Shown here piece by piece: positions 37,952 to 49,623 of a stretch of DNA of 64,000 nt. The DNA is taken from NCBI GenBank assembly GCA_964291395.2, contig OZ219856.1:1152001-1216000 (forward strand), written 5' to 3'. Both the position numbers and the translations under genes were made by a program. Numbering within the stretch: position 1 is the stretch's first letter; every line of letters begins with the position of its first letter. Source of the stretch: Alphaproteobacteria bacterium (GTDB taxonomy: Bacteria > Pseudomonadota > Alphaproteobacteria > UBA2966). The notes beneath the pieces were generated by a model. That model was not told the DNA's origin, did no database searches, and was given only the letters and a program-made list of their open reading frames with translations.

Positions 37952-38983
37952 ATGAACGGCCTCCGCTATCACTCCCACACGGCGCAGGCGGCGTACCACG
38001 ACCTGCTGCGCCTGCTCCGTGACGAGGCGGTCTCGGACCTACGCGGCAAGCCCGTACTGAAGGAGGTCAACGGGCGATCGTACTGGTATGACCGGTACCG
38101 GCTCGGGATACGAATCGTCGATCGCTATATCGGTGAGGACAGCGCCGGCTTGAAAGCGCGCATCGATCGACATGCCGAGATCAAGGCGGCGGCAAAGGAG
38201 GCGGAGCGCGAGCGTTCGCGCCTGGTGCGGTTGTTGCGCGCCGAGGGGTATCTGCCGATCGACGTGATGAGCGGCCAGCTCCTGACGGCACTTGCGCGGG
38301 CCGGGGTGTTCCGGCTCGGCGGGACCCTGGTCGGCACCCAGGCCTTCCGGCTCTACGAGGGCGAACTAGGCGTCTGGATCAGCGCCGACCAGTCGGCGAT
38401 GACGATGGACATCGACATTACGAGCTTCGAGCGATTGTCGTTGGCGCTCGACGATGAGGTAGACTCGGCACTACCGGAGATATTTTCCGAATTCGCCTTC
38501 GATCCGGTACCGGGGATCGATCAGCAAGGCGATGTCTGGAAATGGCGCCAGACCAACCAGCAAACCCTGATCGAGTTCCTGACCCCCTCCTTCGAAGCCA
38601 ATGAAGGAATCCGGCACCTGCCGGCGCTCGGGGTAAAGGCGCGCGCGCTTCATCATCTGAACTATCTGCTCGCGGAGCCCATCCAGGCTACGGTCCTTTA
38701 CCGGCGCGGCGCGATCGTACAGATTCCGCGACCCGAACGCTTTGCGATCCACAAGCTGATTGTCGCCGACCGGCGCCGCGATGGTCCCGATGCCCGCAAA
38801 TCCGCGAAGGATCGCGCACAGGCGGCATTCCTGATCCGAGTCCTGGCGGAGAACCAGCCCGACGCGCTGGCCGAGGCCTACGAGGACGCGAGATCGCGTG
38901 GACCGGTTTGGTGCGCCCGGATCACGAGAAGTCTGGAACGCATGGCGGGGACGGCGAGCATCCTCGACGGGCTCTCGTCGTGA
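37952..38983 (+). CDS. GSU2403-family nucleotidyltransferase-fold protein
   Basis: YWYD, GVFRLGGTLVGT.AF, TMDID, EFLTP, PERFAIHKLIVA, KDRAQA. Confidence 0.8.
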   Translation: MNGLRYHSHTAQAAYHDLLRLLRDEAVSDLRGKPVLKEVNGRSYWYDRYRLGIRIVDRYIGEDSAGLKARIDRHAEIKAAAKEAERERSRLVRLLRAEGYLPIDVMSGQLLTALARAGVFRLGGTLVGTQAFRLYEGELGVWISADQSAMTMDIDITSFERLSLALDDEVDSALPEIFSEFAFDPVPGIDQQGDVWKWRQTNQQTLIEFLTPSFEANEGIRHLPALGVKARALHHLNYLLAEPIQATVLYRRGAIVQIPRPERFAIHKLIVADRRRDGPDARKSAKDRAQAAFLIRVLAENQPDALAEAYEDARSRGPVWCARITRSLERMAGTASILDGLSS

Positions 38984-39112
38984 CCGCTGCGCGAGTCCCG
39001 ACCCGGTAGTCACACCACGATCGTTGACATGGCATTCGGCCGATAGGGCGATACGAGACCGCGGGCTCACGCGGCCTGTGCGGCACCGGACGAATTGGAT
39101 CCGGCGGCGGGA

Positions 39113-39310
39113 TCAACCCCGGATGTGCCGGTCCACCCAGCCTGCGTGTCCGAGCAGGACTTCGTCATCGAACGCGTCGTCGGGAAACTGCGGGTCGCCG
39201 TCGCCGTCACGATCCGGCGATTCGAGTCCGCACACCGCCGCCGATGGCCCGCGCCTGTCGCGATGAGGATGCGGTCTACCGGATCACCGTTCGCGATCCG
39301 GATCACCGCG
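39113..39310 (-). pseudogene. Degenerate PIN-domain (VapC-like) toxin C-terminal fragment
   Basis: GDPVDRILIAT (39288-39256) matches the VapC DPxDRxIxAT motif; downstream sequence is frameshifted. Confidence 0.4.
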
Positions 39311-39431
39311 CAGGAAAACGGGCATCCTGTCAATCAAAATTTGCCGGCACCCGCAGAATATTGAACGACCAAGATTTCGTGATCCCCTGCTCCCCGCAGG
39401 GCGGTTGCACGGCGGCCGTCCAAGGAATTGG

Positions 39432-40386
39432 TCAGGCGATGTCGGACCGGATGGTCTTCGATGAAACGTCGGGGCGCGCTTTTCCCGGTGTCGGCCGGTT
39501 GCCCGAGGAGGACTCTTCGAATTCATCCAGCGCCCGCGCCAGCGCGCAGAATGTCGGCACGTCGAGGTCTTCGGGGCGCATGGTCGGAGCGGCCCGGGCC
39601 CGCGCCAACAGTTGGCCGACGTCGACGTCGAGGGATTTCAAGCTGGACCTCAGCATCTTGCGGCGCTGTCCGAATGCCGCGGACGTGACGCGCTCCAGGG
39701 ACAGGCGATTGGCTGGCGCCAACGGCGGGCTCAGCGGTGTGAGGCCGATAACCGCCGACGTCACCTTCGGCGGCGGGACGAAAGGCTGCGGGGGGAACGT
39801 CAAAGTGCGAGGTGGGCCTAGCCGCCCACTGAACGAGGACCGACAGGCGGCCGTACGACTTCGTGCCGGGCCGGGCGACGAGACGTTCCGCGACTTCCTT
39901 TTGAAACATGAGAGTCAGCCCGTCGAAACGGTCTAAATCGGCAATCCAGCGAATCAGAAGCGCCGTGGCGATGTTGTAAGGCAGATTTGCAATGATCTTT
40001 GCCGGGCCCGAAACGTGCGCGGCAAGATCCGTTTCGAGCGCGTCCTCATTCACAATGACCAGCCTTTCGGGATAGGCAGCGGCGAGCTCCTCGAGTGCGC
40101 TCACGCAGCGCGTGTCCCGCTCAATCGCCACCACGCGCCGTGCATCGGATTCCAGGATCGCACGCGTCAGGCCTCCGGGGCCCGGGCCGACCTCTATGAC
40201 CTCCATGCCCCGAAGGCTGCCGGCCGCCCGGACGATTCGCCGCGTCAGATTGAGATCCAGAAGGAAATTTTGCCCAAGGCCCTTCCGCGCGCTCAGTTTG
40301 TGCCTTGCAATGACATCCCTGAGAGGCGGCAGAGACCGCGGGCGGGTGTGGTCGGCCGAGCCTTCCCGTTTTCGCGGGTCAGCCAT
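39432..40386 (-). CDS. rsmA: 16S rRNA dimethyladenosine transferase, split by one extra base near 39781-39795
   Basis: LGQNFL, EVGPGPG, ANLPYN, MFQKEVA in one frame; [21 protein letters not shown] in the other. Confidence 0.92.
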
Positions 40387-41437
40387 GCGCCGACAAGGAG
40401 AGACCTTCGTGCGTCACGACCCGCCGTGCCATTCGGGCTGCCAGCTTGAGAGCGTTGAGCATGCTCGTCTCGTCCGCGGTGCCTCGACCAGCAATATCGA
40501 GCGCCGTTCCGTGATCGGGAGACGTGCGGACGAAGGGCAGGCCGAGCGTCACGTTAACGCCTCCCATGAAATCGATGGCTTTCAAGGGGATGAGCGCCTG
40601 GTCGTGATACATGCAAATCGCCGCATCGTACGTGGCGCGCGCGCCGGCGTGGAAAAGTGAGTCGGCCGGCAGCGGTCCTCGTACGTCGAGCCCGTCGGCT
40701 TGCAGCAACTCGATGGCGGGTCGAATGATCGTTCGCTCCTCCTCACCGAAAAGACCATCATCCCCGGCGTGAGGATTGAGAGACGCGACGACAAGGCGCG
40801 GTCGATCGATGCCGAAATAGGTGACAAGGGCATCGTTTGACACCTTGGAGACTTCTACGATGGCTGTTGGAGTCAACGCCATGATGGCGTCCTTCAAGGC
40901 CATGTGGCCGGTTACGGGAACGACCCGCAGCTCGTCGCTGACGAGCATCATCACCGGCTTCGACACTTCGGCGAGAACACCCAGGTACTCCGTATGGCCG
41001 GGATAGGGAAACTCCGCCCGCGACAACGTTGACTTGTGAATCGGGTTCGTCACCACTGCCGCGGCCTCCCTACGACGCACCGCGGCCACGGCGTCGTCGA
41101 TGGAACGGACGACGGCCCCGGAGTTGGATGAATCGGGTTGCCCTGGGGTGACGTCGACGGAAATTTGGATCGGCATGACCGGCAATGCGTCCCGAAACAC
41201 CTGAGGGACTTCGGCAGTGGATTCGATCCGGCGGATCGGAACCTCCAGGCCGAGATCGCGACGCAGCGAGTCCAGGCGGGCAGGACCATCGACCGCGAAG
41301 AACGGGCTCAAATCTTCGGCCTCTCGCCGAAGCCAGCACTTCAATGTCAGCTCACCCCCAACCCCCGCAGGCTCACCCATCGTAACGGCAAGCGGACCGC
41401 TCCCGGACCGCGGATGTTGGCGACCCCTGGACGTCAT
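40379..41437 (-). CDS. pdxA: 4-hydroxythreonine-4-phosphate dehydrogenase
   Basis: [34 protein letters not shown]. Confidence 0.95.
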   Translation of the reverse strand: MTSRGRQHPRSGSGPLAVTMGEPAGVGGELTLKCWLRREAEDLSPFFAVDGPARLDSLRRDLGLEVPIRRIESTAEVPQVFRDALPVMPIQISVDVTPGQPDSSNSGAVVRSIDDAVAAVRRREAAAVVTNPIHKSTLSRAEFPYPGHTEYLGVLAEVSKPVMMLVSDELRVVPVTGHMALKDAIMALTPTAIVEVSKVSNDALVTYFGIDRPRLVVASLNPHAGDDGLFGEEERTIIRPAIELLQADGLDVRGPLPADSLFHAGARATYDAAICMYHDQALIPLKAIDFMGGVNVTLGLPFVRTSPDHGTALDIAGRGTADETSMLNALKLAARMARRVVTHEGLSLSAHG

Positions 41438-42702
41438 CGGGTCTCGATGACGGCGTCGCGTCGCAGGTCGCGCAGATAGCGGCGGGCCATCATGTCCAAC
41501 CGTTGCCGGGCAAGACGCTCGCGTATCGCCTCCCGACTCGGCAGCGCAGCGGTCGCTACGTTCCGGTCACACACCACGAGGATGCGGATTCCTTGATCCA
41601 TCCGCAGCGGCTCGCTGGCTTGGCCGACTTCCAGATTGCCGATCGCATCTCGGATGTGCTGGGGGACGTCGCCCAGCCGCACCGTGCCGAGGTCGCCCGG
41701 CTGACCTATTTCAAGGGATTGGCCGTAGCTATCGAACGTATCGCACCCACGGATTTGCTCGCTGATCCGACGGGCATCCGCCATTCTCGCTTCCACGATC
41801 CGTTGCGGAGTCGATGGTGGCAGAGGGATCAGTATCTGCTTCAGACTGACGCGAGTATCGAGTGCGCTGGCTTCGCCCATCCGGCGCTGGTCACGCAGAT
41901 GGAGAATATAATATCCGCCCGGGCTCGAGATGGGCTCGGAGACTTCCCCGGTACTCAAGCCAGCGAGTACCCGTTCGAGTTCAGCCGGTAACTCGCCTTC
42001 GCCAATCCAGCCGACATCGCCGCCCGACCGCGACGTCACGCCCTGGGAGAACTGCCGGGCGACGGCGGTGAACGGCGACCCGTTCCGCAGCTGGCCGACG
42101 AGTCGCAGCGCCAGTTGGTGAACGTCCTCAGATTGCTCGGGCCTGTCGATAGCAAGGAATATCTCCGACACGAGGCGCTGCTGGGTGCCGTGCCGCGATT
42201 GCAAGCGCGCGTAGACCTCCTCGACTTCTTCATCGCTGATGTCGATGCGGGGCAGGATGCGCCTGCGGATCACTTTTCCCCATGCAATTTCAGCCTCGAT
42301 CCTTGCCATGAGTGTGATTTCGTCCAGTCCACGCGACCGCAGGAATTCAACCAAACCACCGCTGGGAAGATTGTTTTGTGCTTCCAGAATGCGCTCGGCT
42401 TCCTCGATTTCACTCTTTTCGATCGAGATGTTCAGCCGCCGAGCCTCCTGCATCTGCAGTTTCTCGTCCACGAGTGACTGGAGGACTTGTGGCTTCAGTC
42501 GACGGCGCGTCTGGCTGTTGTCCCGCAGGTTGGCCGACATCAGGTTGAAGCGGAGCCTGTTCTCCACATCGAGGGCCGAGATGACTTCCTCGTTCACGAC
42601 AGCTTCGATGCCGACAACCTGGGCATTGGCGGGCGTCATCGGGGCGGAGAGCGACGCCACCAAAAACAAGGAACCCGCCAACTTTCTCAAGCCGAGACTC
42701 AT
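41434..42702 (-). CDS. surA: SurA-like peptidyl-prolyl isomerase/chaperone
   Basis: Signal peptide, AVVNEEVIS, parvulin GGDVGW; position lptD-surA-pdxA-rsmA. Confidence 0.88.
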   Translation of the reverse strand: MSLGLRKLAGSLFLVASLSAPMTPANAQVVGIEAVVNEEVISALDVENRLRFNLMSANLRDNSQTRRRLKPQVLQSLVDEKLQMQEARRLNISIEKSEIEEAERILEAQNNLPSGGLVEFLRSRGLDEITLMARIEAEIAWGKVIRRRILPRIDISDEEVEEVYARLQSRHGTQQRLVSEIFLAIDRPEQSEDVHQLALRLVGQLRNGSPFTAVARQFSQGVTSRSGGDVGWIGEGELPAELERVLAGLSTGEVSEPISSPGGYYILHLRDQRRMGEASALDTRVSLKQILIPLPPSTPQRIVEARMADARRISEQIRGCDTFDSYGQSLEIGQPGDLGTVRLGDVPQHIRDAIGNLEVGQASEPLRMDQGIRILVVCDRNVATAALPSREAIRERLARQRLDMMARRYLRDLRRDAVIETR

Positions 42703-42817
42703 CGAATTGCACTCAATGCTTCAAGTCAACAAAACCGGAGAACGCGTTGCCGCGCCGAGAACACATACTCTACGTCAACTTGCACCGGAATGGCATGCCG
42801 GACCGGCGGAGGCGTGG

Positions 42818-44964
42818 TCAGCCAAGGTTTCTCAGCTTCACGCGCAGTGAAAAGTCTGTAAAAGGTTGTACGTCCCGATCCTCGGTAAAGCTGCGGTCGA
42901 GTTGTATTCGAAGTTCGATGCATTCATCCATGTAAGCGGCACCGAAGCTCCAGGAAATTGTGTCGCCCTCGCCGGTCAGGTCTCGTCTCGTGCTGGCGGT
43001 AGCAGACCAATAGTCGGTTATTCGGACACGACCGCCAATCGCACCTCTTCCCGACTGGTCAATTCATCCGAGGTCAACTCGCGGCTGAGAGCAACGTAGC
43101 CGACCTTGCCCCGGATCTCCGGTGGGCCGAACGCCAAGTCGAACTCGTTCCGGCGGATGGACAATCGGTCTCTGTCGAGACGAAAACGATGCGTGTAATC
43201 GACAAACCGATTGGGAGATATGTTTACCCGGCCGACATAGTCCGATCGACGGCCCTCGAGGCCGGTCTTGTCCGCAAAAGTCCCGTCTCCCCGCCAGCGG
43301 AGCGACTGCCCGATCAGCGCTGTGGAATGACCGCCCCGCGCGCCGTAGGCGCTAACCTTGAGCCCGTAGTTGACCCGATGGCCGCCTTCCCAGCGATCGA
43401 GCCCTGCAAACCTGTTGGTGCTGAAGAGGTTGGTATCGTCGAATTCGAAACTCTGTGAATCCTCGTTCGGGATTTCGTCTGAATTGCCGCCAAAGGGTGC
43501 CGCGATAACGGCGACCACCGGCTCGACGATCTGACTGATGTTTCCTTGCTTCCGAATGAAAGGATATCTCCAGTGGAGGGCCAATCTCGGTAGCAGTCGT
43601 CCCTTGAACCCGTCCATCGAATTGCCCGGGTTCGAGGGATCCGTGAGGTCATTGACGTGGTACAAATCGCCCCGCACAGACGCGAGAAGATTGTAGACTT
43701 GGCCGCTCGTCGACGTGTACGGCAATTGCCAGTCGAGTCCGAGGGACAGCCGGCGGCTATCGGTGCTGCCGCTCCGGTTCAATACAAGGGCGTTGGCGTC
43801 CACTCCCCAGAGTTGTCCGAAGGAACCCGGTTGGCCCACGAAGTTGTAGTTGAGCTCGGGCAGGATCAGCGGTGCCTCACCAGGTTTGTCCTCGCGGCGA
43901 AGACCTTGAAAGGCATAAACATTCGCAGACGCATGGGTCCTGCCTCGAAATCCTTCTACATAGGCGTTGCTGGTGAGCGTGTCCTCGTTCGAGAAATCGT
44001 ATCGACGCAAATAGGTGTCATCCGTTGACCGCTCCGCCGTAAACCCCCAACGCCAGGTGTCATCGATGCCGAACGCTCCGGCTGCTTCAACATGGCCGCG
44101 GGTTTTCTTCCTTCCGGTCCTCGCGTTGTTCTCATCGCGCTCGTCGGTATGGGTGACGCTGCCTTGGAGTTGCAATCGCCCCGTGCGGGTTCGTTCCCGG
44201 TACTCGCCGGTCACGACAATGCCTTCCTTGCTCGTAAACAGGGGTGAGAACGTGGCGTCGCGGTGCGGCGCCAGGTTGAAGTAGTACGGCACCTGAAGCT
44301 TTGCCCCGAGTTCGCTGGAACGCCCATATGTGGGCACCAGAAAGCCGCTCTTGCGTTTGACCGTCGGGTCGGGATGGGAAATGAAGGGGGTGTACGCGAC
44401 CGGGACGCCAAACACTTCCAGGAAGGCGTCCCGATAATCCATGCGCCGTGTATTCTGATTGTGCGTAACCCGAAGAGCCTTGATCTGCCATAGAGGAGGG
44501 CGGTTCGGATGGTCCGGACACGACCGACATGCGGAGAACACGGCTTTCGACAAGTCGGTTCGGTTTCCGTTCGTACGAGTCGCCGACCTTGCGGCAAGTC
44601 GGGCGTCATCCGTCATCAGCACCCGGACTTCCGATACGAATCCGTCTCGCAGTCCGTCTGACAGCTCCGCGTATTCCGCGAACAGCACTTCCCCGGACGG
44701 CTCCAGCATGGCGACGTTGCCGCGCGCGGCGACCAAGTCGCGCTGCTCGTCGTAGCTCACGGTATCGGCGCGGAGAATCCGCTTTCCCGACACCAGTTCG
44801 ACGTTGCCGACGGCCGTCATGACGCCGGGTTCGTGGTCGTAAGTGATGGAGTCTGCGCTCAGGAGTACCGGGCCTTCTCCGAGCTCCTCGGCAACCTGAG
44901 CTGAAACCGAAGTGGCACAGGCAAGCGTAGCGGCGAGAACAGCCGTGGCGCAGCGCGTCATCAT
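42818..44964 (-). CDS. lptD: LPS-assembly protein LptD, split by one missing base near 43030-43035
   Basis: SAC..C..PLWQI, PDPTVKRKSGFL, PNEDS; the shifted frame continues RITDYWS..YMDECI..RVKLRNLG-stop at 42818. Confidence 0.9.
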
Positions 44965-44970
44965 GCGCGC

Positions 44971-46065
44971 CTAGCCGTCCTCCAGGTGGAATAGAGTCGC
45001 GAGTCCCAGAAGGGCGCAGATTACGGCAGGGGCCCAAGCCGCGAGCATGACGGGGACAGCGCCGGACAGACCTATCGCGTAGACGACGTCCGACAGGAAG
45101 TACAGAACAAAGCCTACGAACACGCCTCCCGCCACAAGAAGTCCCGCACCGCCACGGCGCGTCAGGCGAATGGAAAAGGTCGCGGCGATGAGAACCATGG
45201 CGCAGAGGAGCAATGGTCCTGCCAGTATCGAATGCCAATGCAGCCGATGCCGAAGAGCTGAAAACCCGGTCTTCTCCAGCGTTTCGATGAAACCGGGCAA
45301 TGACCAGAACGACAGCGTCTCGGGCGGCGCGAAGCTGTCCTGTATTTGCTCCAGCGTGAGAGTAGTGGGGAGGCGGTAGTCTCCCTCACGCTTCACCGGT
45401 CCATCGGGCCTGGTGCGAAGCGCATCCGAGAGCTGCCAGTAACCCTCCTCAAGCGTTGCGTTGCTGGCGTCGATGCGTCCGGTGAACCGGTCGGCCTCGT
45501 CGTAGAGAAATACGATGACATCACTCAATTCAGTTCCATGCCGAGACGCGCCCCTGGCATGGATCACGGACTGACCGGTTTCATCGGCCTGCCGCAGCCA
45601 AAGGCCTGACCGCGAGACCGCGAGCAAGCTGGACTGCCCTCGCAGGTGTTTGGATTCCAGGGCCTCGTAGAGAGACGTCGTGGCCGAAGCCAGTGGATTG
45701 AACAGGGTCACTACGAACAATCCCGCCAGCAGGGCAATTGCGATCGTCGGAAACAGAAACTGCCAGACTGACAAACCTGCGGCACGCGCGACGATGAGCT
45801 GATTCGTTCGCGTGAGACGAACAAATGCCAACATGCCGCCGAACAGTGCGGCGAACGGGAGAATCTTTTGAACCATGAAGGGGGCTCGAAGGACGGCCAT
45901 CTGAATGACGATCAGAAACGAGACGTTCTCTCGTCCCCAGGACCGTCGGAACAGCTCGGCAAGATCGATCAGGAACACCAAGCCGAGCAGGATGCCCATC
46001 ATTGTTGCGATGCCGGAGATGAAATGGCGCCCAAGATACGCCGAGAGGATCGGGGGTGGCCTCAT
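44971..46065 (-). CDS. lptG: LPS export permease LptG
   Basis: ARAAGLSVWQ, GLWLRQ, AAWAP, C-terminal HLEDG. Confidence 0.92.
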   Translation of the reverse strand: MRPPPILSAYLGRHFISGIATMMGILLGLVFLIDLAELFRRSWGRENVSFLIVIQMAVLRAPFMVQKILPFAALFGGMLAFVRLTRTNQLIVARAAGLSVWQFLFPTIAIALLAGLFVVTLFNPLASATTSLYEALESKHLRGQSSLLAVSRSGLWLRQADETGQSVIHARGASRHGTELSDVIVFLYDEADRFTGRIDASNATLEEGYWQLSDALRTRPDGPVKREGDYRLPTTLTLEQIQDSFAPPETLSFWSLPGFIETLEKTGFSALRHRLHWHSILAGPLLLCAMVLIAATFSIRLTRRGGAGLLVAGGVFVGFVLYFLSDVVYAIGLSGAVPVMLAAWAPAVICALLGLATLFHLEDG

Positions 46066-47189
46066 CCGGCACCTTCCGGTATCGCCGGTTGGTCGAGTCC
46101 CGAATGACGTCGGCGTCGAACGGTCAGCAAGATCCAGATCGCGCCGGTGCTGACCAGGAGGATATTCAAGTACAGCAGGGGCGTCAGTGCCGGCGTCGTG
46201 GCGACGACGGGGACGAGGCTGATTCCGATGACTTGGACGGCCACCGCGCCCACGGCAGCGTAGACGATTCGGCGCCATTCATAGCGCCGATCGAATTGGC
46301 CCGAGAGGACCGCCGCAAGCGCCATCAGCACGAACGCGATGCTGTACAACGGTGTAACGAACCGTTTGTGCGCTTCCGCTCGAAGTTCGTCACGGTGGTG
46401 GTTCGCGGCTTCCGAGTTTCCCGGGAAGAGCAGTTCGTCGATGTATCGTTCACCGGGTTCGCGCCAACGCGTAGCGGGAGATTCTGCGATCAATGCCAAA
46501 TCGAGCGTGTATCGATCAAAATAGAGCAGTGACAAATGGTTGCTGTTTCGGTGCCGTTCTTGTCTGTTCCCGTTTTCCATGACGAACCGCGGGCCGGCAG
46601 GCGTCTGAACAAGAACGCCCCGCTCCGCCATCACGGTAACCGGCTTGTCCGGTTCTCGATTGTCATGAACCAGGATTCCGAGCAGTTCACCGCGACGCCG
46701 TTCCCGAACGTACACGGTGACATCTTTGATGATGTTGTTAAACGTGCCCTCGCGCATGAGCACGGTCGCGTAGTTGTGGCGAATCGTAAACTGCTGGTCC
46801 TTGAAGGTTCTAAATCCCAACGGCTGCAGATAGAGAGTCAACCCATAGGTTGCGACGGTGATGAGCAACGCCATGATGACGGCTGGAATGGCCAGCGCGA
46901 ACTGACTCAGTCCCGCCGCTTTCATGACGATGATTTCACTGTCAAAGCTGAGTCGGTGGTAGGTGTACAGGACTCCGCAAAGCAGCGCGACGGGCAATAT
47001 GATGGCAAGAATGCCCGGCAACAGCAGAACGGTGAAGTAGAGGAAATGACTTGCAGAGAGCCCGCGATTTACGATCAGATCAACGAACCGCAGGCTCTGG
47101 GTCAGCCAGACAACGCCCACCAGCGCCACCGAGATAAACAAGATGGGCAGGGTGAGTTGGCGCAAGATGTAACGCGTCAGGCGGTTCAT
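46062..47189 (-). CDS. lptF: LPS export permease LptF
   Basis: RYILRQL, WLTQSLRF, DSEIIVMKAAG. Confidence 0.92.
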   Translation of the reverse strand: MNRLTRYILRQLTLPILFISVALVGVVWLTQSLRFVDLIVNRGLSASHFLYFTVLLLPGILAIILPVALLCGVLYTYHRLSFDSEIIVMKAAGLSQFALAIPAVIMALLITVATYGLTLYLQPLGFRTFKDQQFTIRHNYATVLMREGTFNNIIKDVTVYVRERRRGELLGILVHDNREPDKPVTVMAERGVLVQTPAGPRFVMENGNRQERHRNSNHLSLLYFDRYTLDLALIAESPATRWREPGERYIDELLFPGNSEAANHHRDELRAEAHKRFVTPLYSIAFVLMALAAVLSGQFDRRYEWRRIVYAAVGAVAVQVIGISLVPVVATTPALTPLLYLNILLVSTGAIWILLTVRRRRHSGLDQPAIPEGAG

Positions 47190-47488
47190 ATGTACACCAT
47201 ACCTGAGTGAGGACGGCTTCACCTATTTCCTTTGACGTGAGCGGGTATGCGCTTATGCCTCGAGCGTTTCAGGGTGATGCCGAGCATTCATCGCGTCTCC
47301 GGCCACCCGTCCGGTTTCCTTGCGTTGCCTCGTTCGTCGGTTGGGCGGAAGGGGTTCATTTCCAGCGTTGGCCGGCTAATATGCCCACGTCCGCCGACTC
47401 AATGGTGTATCACTTCGACGATCGTCGTGGGAGCCGAAGAATGCGGACGCCGGTTCACTAGATCTCATCCCGGAGCGAGACGACTTTC

Positions 47489-48991
47489 ATGCGCATCTCT
47501 TTTGCAAACATTTCGAGTTCACGCCGAGGCGCCCTCGTCGTAACGGCGACCGTTGATAGCGAGCTTTCGCGTACGGGAACGGCTGTCGACAAATCGATGG
47601 GCGGGGCAATCCGGAAAGCGATGGGATCGGGCAGGTTCTCCGGCAAGAAGGGGCAGGTCTTGGAATTCCCCGCGCCCGCCGGATTGAAAAGCAGTCGGGT
47701 GCTCGTCGTCGGTTTGGGCAAAGCGGCAGATGTTGCCGCCCTTACCATGGAGGCGGCGGGCGGCACCGTGGTGGGACGTCTCGCGATCAGCGGAGAAACC
47801 GAAGTTGCCGTGGCCATCGATCCGATCAAGGGTTCGAAGATAAGCGCGGCCGAGGCCGCCGCGCGTTTCGCCTATGGCGCGAACCTGGGTAGTTACAGAT
47901 TTGACCGGTATCGCACCAAGCTCGAGGAGGACAAGAAGCCGAGCCTCGGATCCGTCGTGGTCATGTCCCGCGACGCTGCCGGCGCGAAGAAGGCCTATAT
48001 GCCCCTGGATCGAATTGCGTCGGGCGTATACATGACGCGCGATCTGGTGAGCGAGCCGGCGAACGTCAAGTATGCGGAGACCATCGCCGCCGACGCGCGC
48101 GGATTGCGGAAGCTTGGGGTGAAAGTGGAAGTGCTCGGTGAGCGCCGCATGCAACAGATGGGCATGGGAGCTCTCCTAGGCGTCAATCAAGGCAGCGAAC
48201 GTGAAGCGAAGCTGCTGGTCATGCAATGGAACGGAGCGCCACAACGGGCCGGACAGCGCCCCGTCGCCTTCATCGGCAAAGGCGTGACCTTCGATACCGG
48301 GGGTATCTCCATCAAGCCGTCCGGGGGCATGGAGGACATGAAGTGGGACATGGCGGGTGCCGGCGCCGTGATTGGCGCGATGCAAGCTCTCGCCGCGAGA
48401 AAGGCGCGGGCGAACGTCGTCGGCGTCTGCGGTTTGGTTGAGAACATGCCGTCGGGTACGGCACAGCGGCCGGGCGACGTCGTGAAATCGATGTCGGGTC
48501 AAACCGTCGAGGTGATCAACACCGATGCCGAGGGGCGTCTGGTTCTGGCGGATGCGCTCTGGTACACCCAAAAGAGATTCCGGCCGCAGGCGATGATCGA
48601 TCTTGCGACCCTGACCGGGGCCATTATCGTCTCGTTGGGGCACGTTCACGCCGGGCTGTTCTCCGACAACGACGAATTGGCAAACACGCTGACCGAGGCC
48701 GGCAAGGCGGAAGGCGAGACGGTGTGGCGCCTTCCCATCGGCGACCAGTATGACAAGGACATCAACTCGGATATCGCCGACATGAAGAATGTCGGTGCGG
48801 GACGGGCCGCCGGCAGCATTACCGCGGCACAGTTCCTCAAGCGGTTCGCCAACAATGTCCCCTGGGCCCATCTGGACATTGCCGGAATGGCGTGGTCCAA
48901 CAAGGCAAGGCCGACCGTGCCGAAAGGCGGCACGGGTTTCGGCGTTCGTCTGCTCAACCGGTGGGTCGCCGACAACCACGAGGTTGCGTGA
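47489..48991 (+). CDS. pepA: Leucyl aminopeptidase
   Basis: GKGVTFDTGG, MKWDMAG, NTDAEGRL, WAHLDIAG. Confidence 0.96.
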   Translation: MRISFANISSSRRGALVVTATVDSELSRTGTAVDKSMGGAIRKAMGSGRFSGKKGQVLEFPAPAGLKSSRVLVVGLGKAADVAALTMEAAGGTVVGRLAISGETEVAVAIDPIKGSKISAAEAAARFAYGANLGSYRFDRYRTKLEEDKKPSLGSVVVMSRDAAGAKKAYMPLDRIASGVYMTRDLVSEPANVKYAETIAADARGLRKLGVKVEVLGERRMQQMGMGALLGVNQGSEREAKLLVMQWNGAPQRAGQRPVAFIGKGVTFDTGGISIKPSGGMEDMKWDMAGAGAVIGAMQALAARKARANVVGVCGLVENMPSGTAQRPGDVVKSMSGQTVEVINTDAEGRLVLADALWYTQKRFRPQAMIDLATLTGAIIVSLGHVHAGLFSDNDELANTLTEAGKAEGETVWRLPIGDQYDKDINSDIADMKNVGAGRAAGSITAAQFLKRFANNVPWAHLDIAGMAWSNKARPTVPKGGTGFGVRLLNRWVADNHEVA

Positions 48992-49013
48992 CGGGCGCAA
49001 TTACGCGGCTTGC

Positions 49014-49463
49014 ATGACGGCGATCAGCTTCTACCATCTCGAGCGGACGTCGCTGGACCGGGCGCTGCCAAGGCTCCTCGAGAAGGTATTGGAGCGCGGA
49101 CATCGGGCCGTGGTGATCGCCGGCTCCGAAGAGCGGGTGGAAGCACTCAATACGGCGCTTTGGACCTATGAGCAGCGGTCGTTCCTGCCGCACGGCTCGG
49201 CCGCGGATGGGCATGCTGATCGCCAGCCCGTTTACCTGACCGCCGAAGACGAGAATCCCAACGGATCGGACGTGCTGGTGCTCGTGGACGGCGTCACCTC
49301 GGCGAACCTGGAGACGTTCGCCAGGGTTCTCGACATGTTCGACGGCCATGATTCCGAAGCGGTGGAAGCCGCACGGGCCCGCTGGCGCGATCTCAAGGAT
49401 GCCGGCCACGAGTTGACATATTGGCAGCAAACGGCGCAGGGCGGCTGGGAGCAGAAAGGGTGA
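49014..49463 (+). CDS. holC: DNA polymerase III chi subunit
   Basis: FYHL, LPRLLEK, LW..SFLPHG, ARARW. Confidence 0.92.
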   Translation: MTAISFYHLERTSLDRALPRLLEKVLERGHRAVVIAGSEERVEALNTALWTYEQRSFLPHGSAADGHADRQPVYLTAEDENPNGSDVLVLVDGVTSANLETFARVLDMFDGHDSEAVEAARARWRDLKDAGHELTYWQQTAQGGWEQKG

Positions 49464-49623
49464 CGAGCAAGTCTGCCGGCGGGTGTTCACCCTCTGGTGT
49501 TCGTTCTGCAGCATCGATCGTCGAATGGGCCGATCTGACGGGGCAACCGGCGAATGCGGTTGCGGCTCTGCCGCGCTATGGCTATAAGGCGCGCCATCCC
49601 CGGTTTCGAGAGGACGAGCGTTC

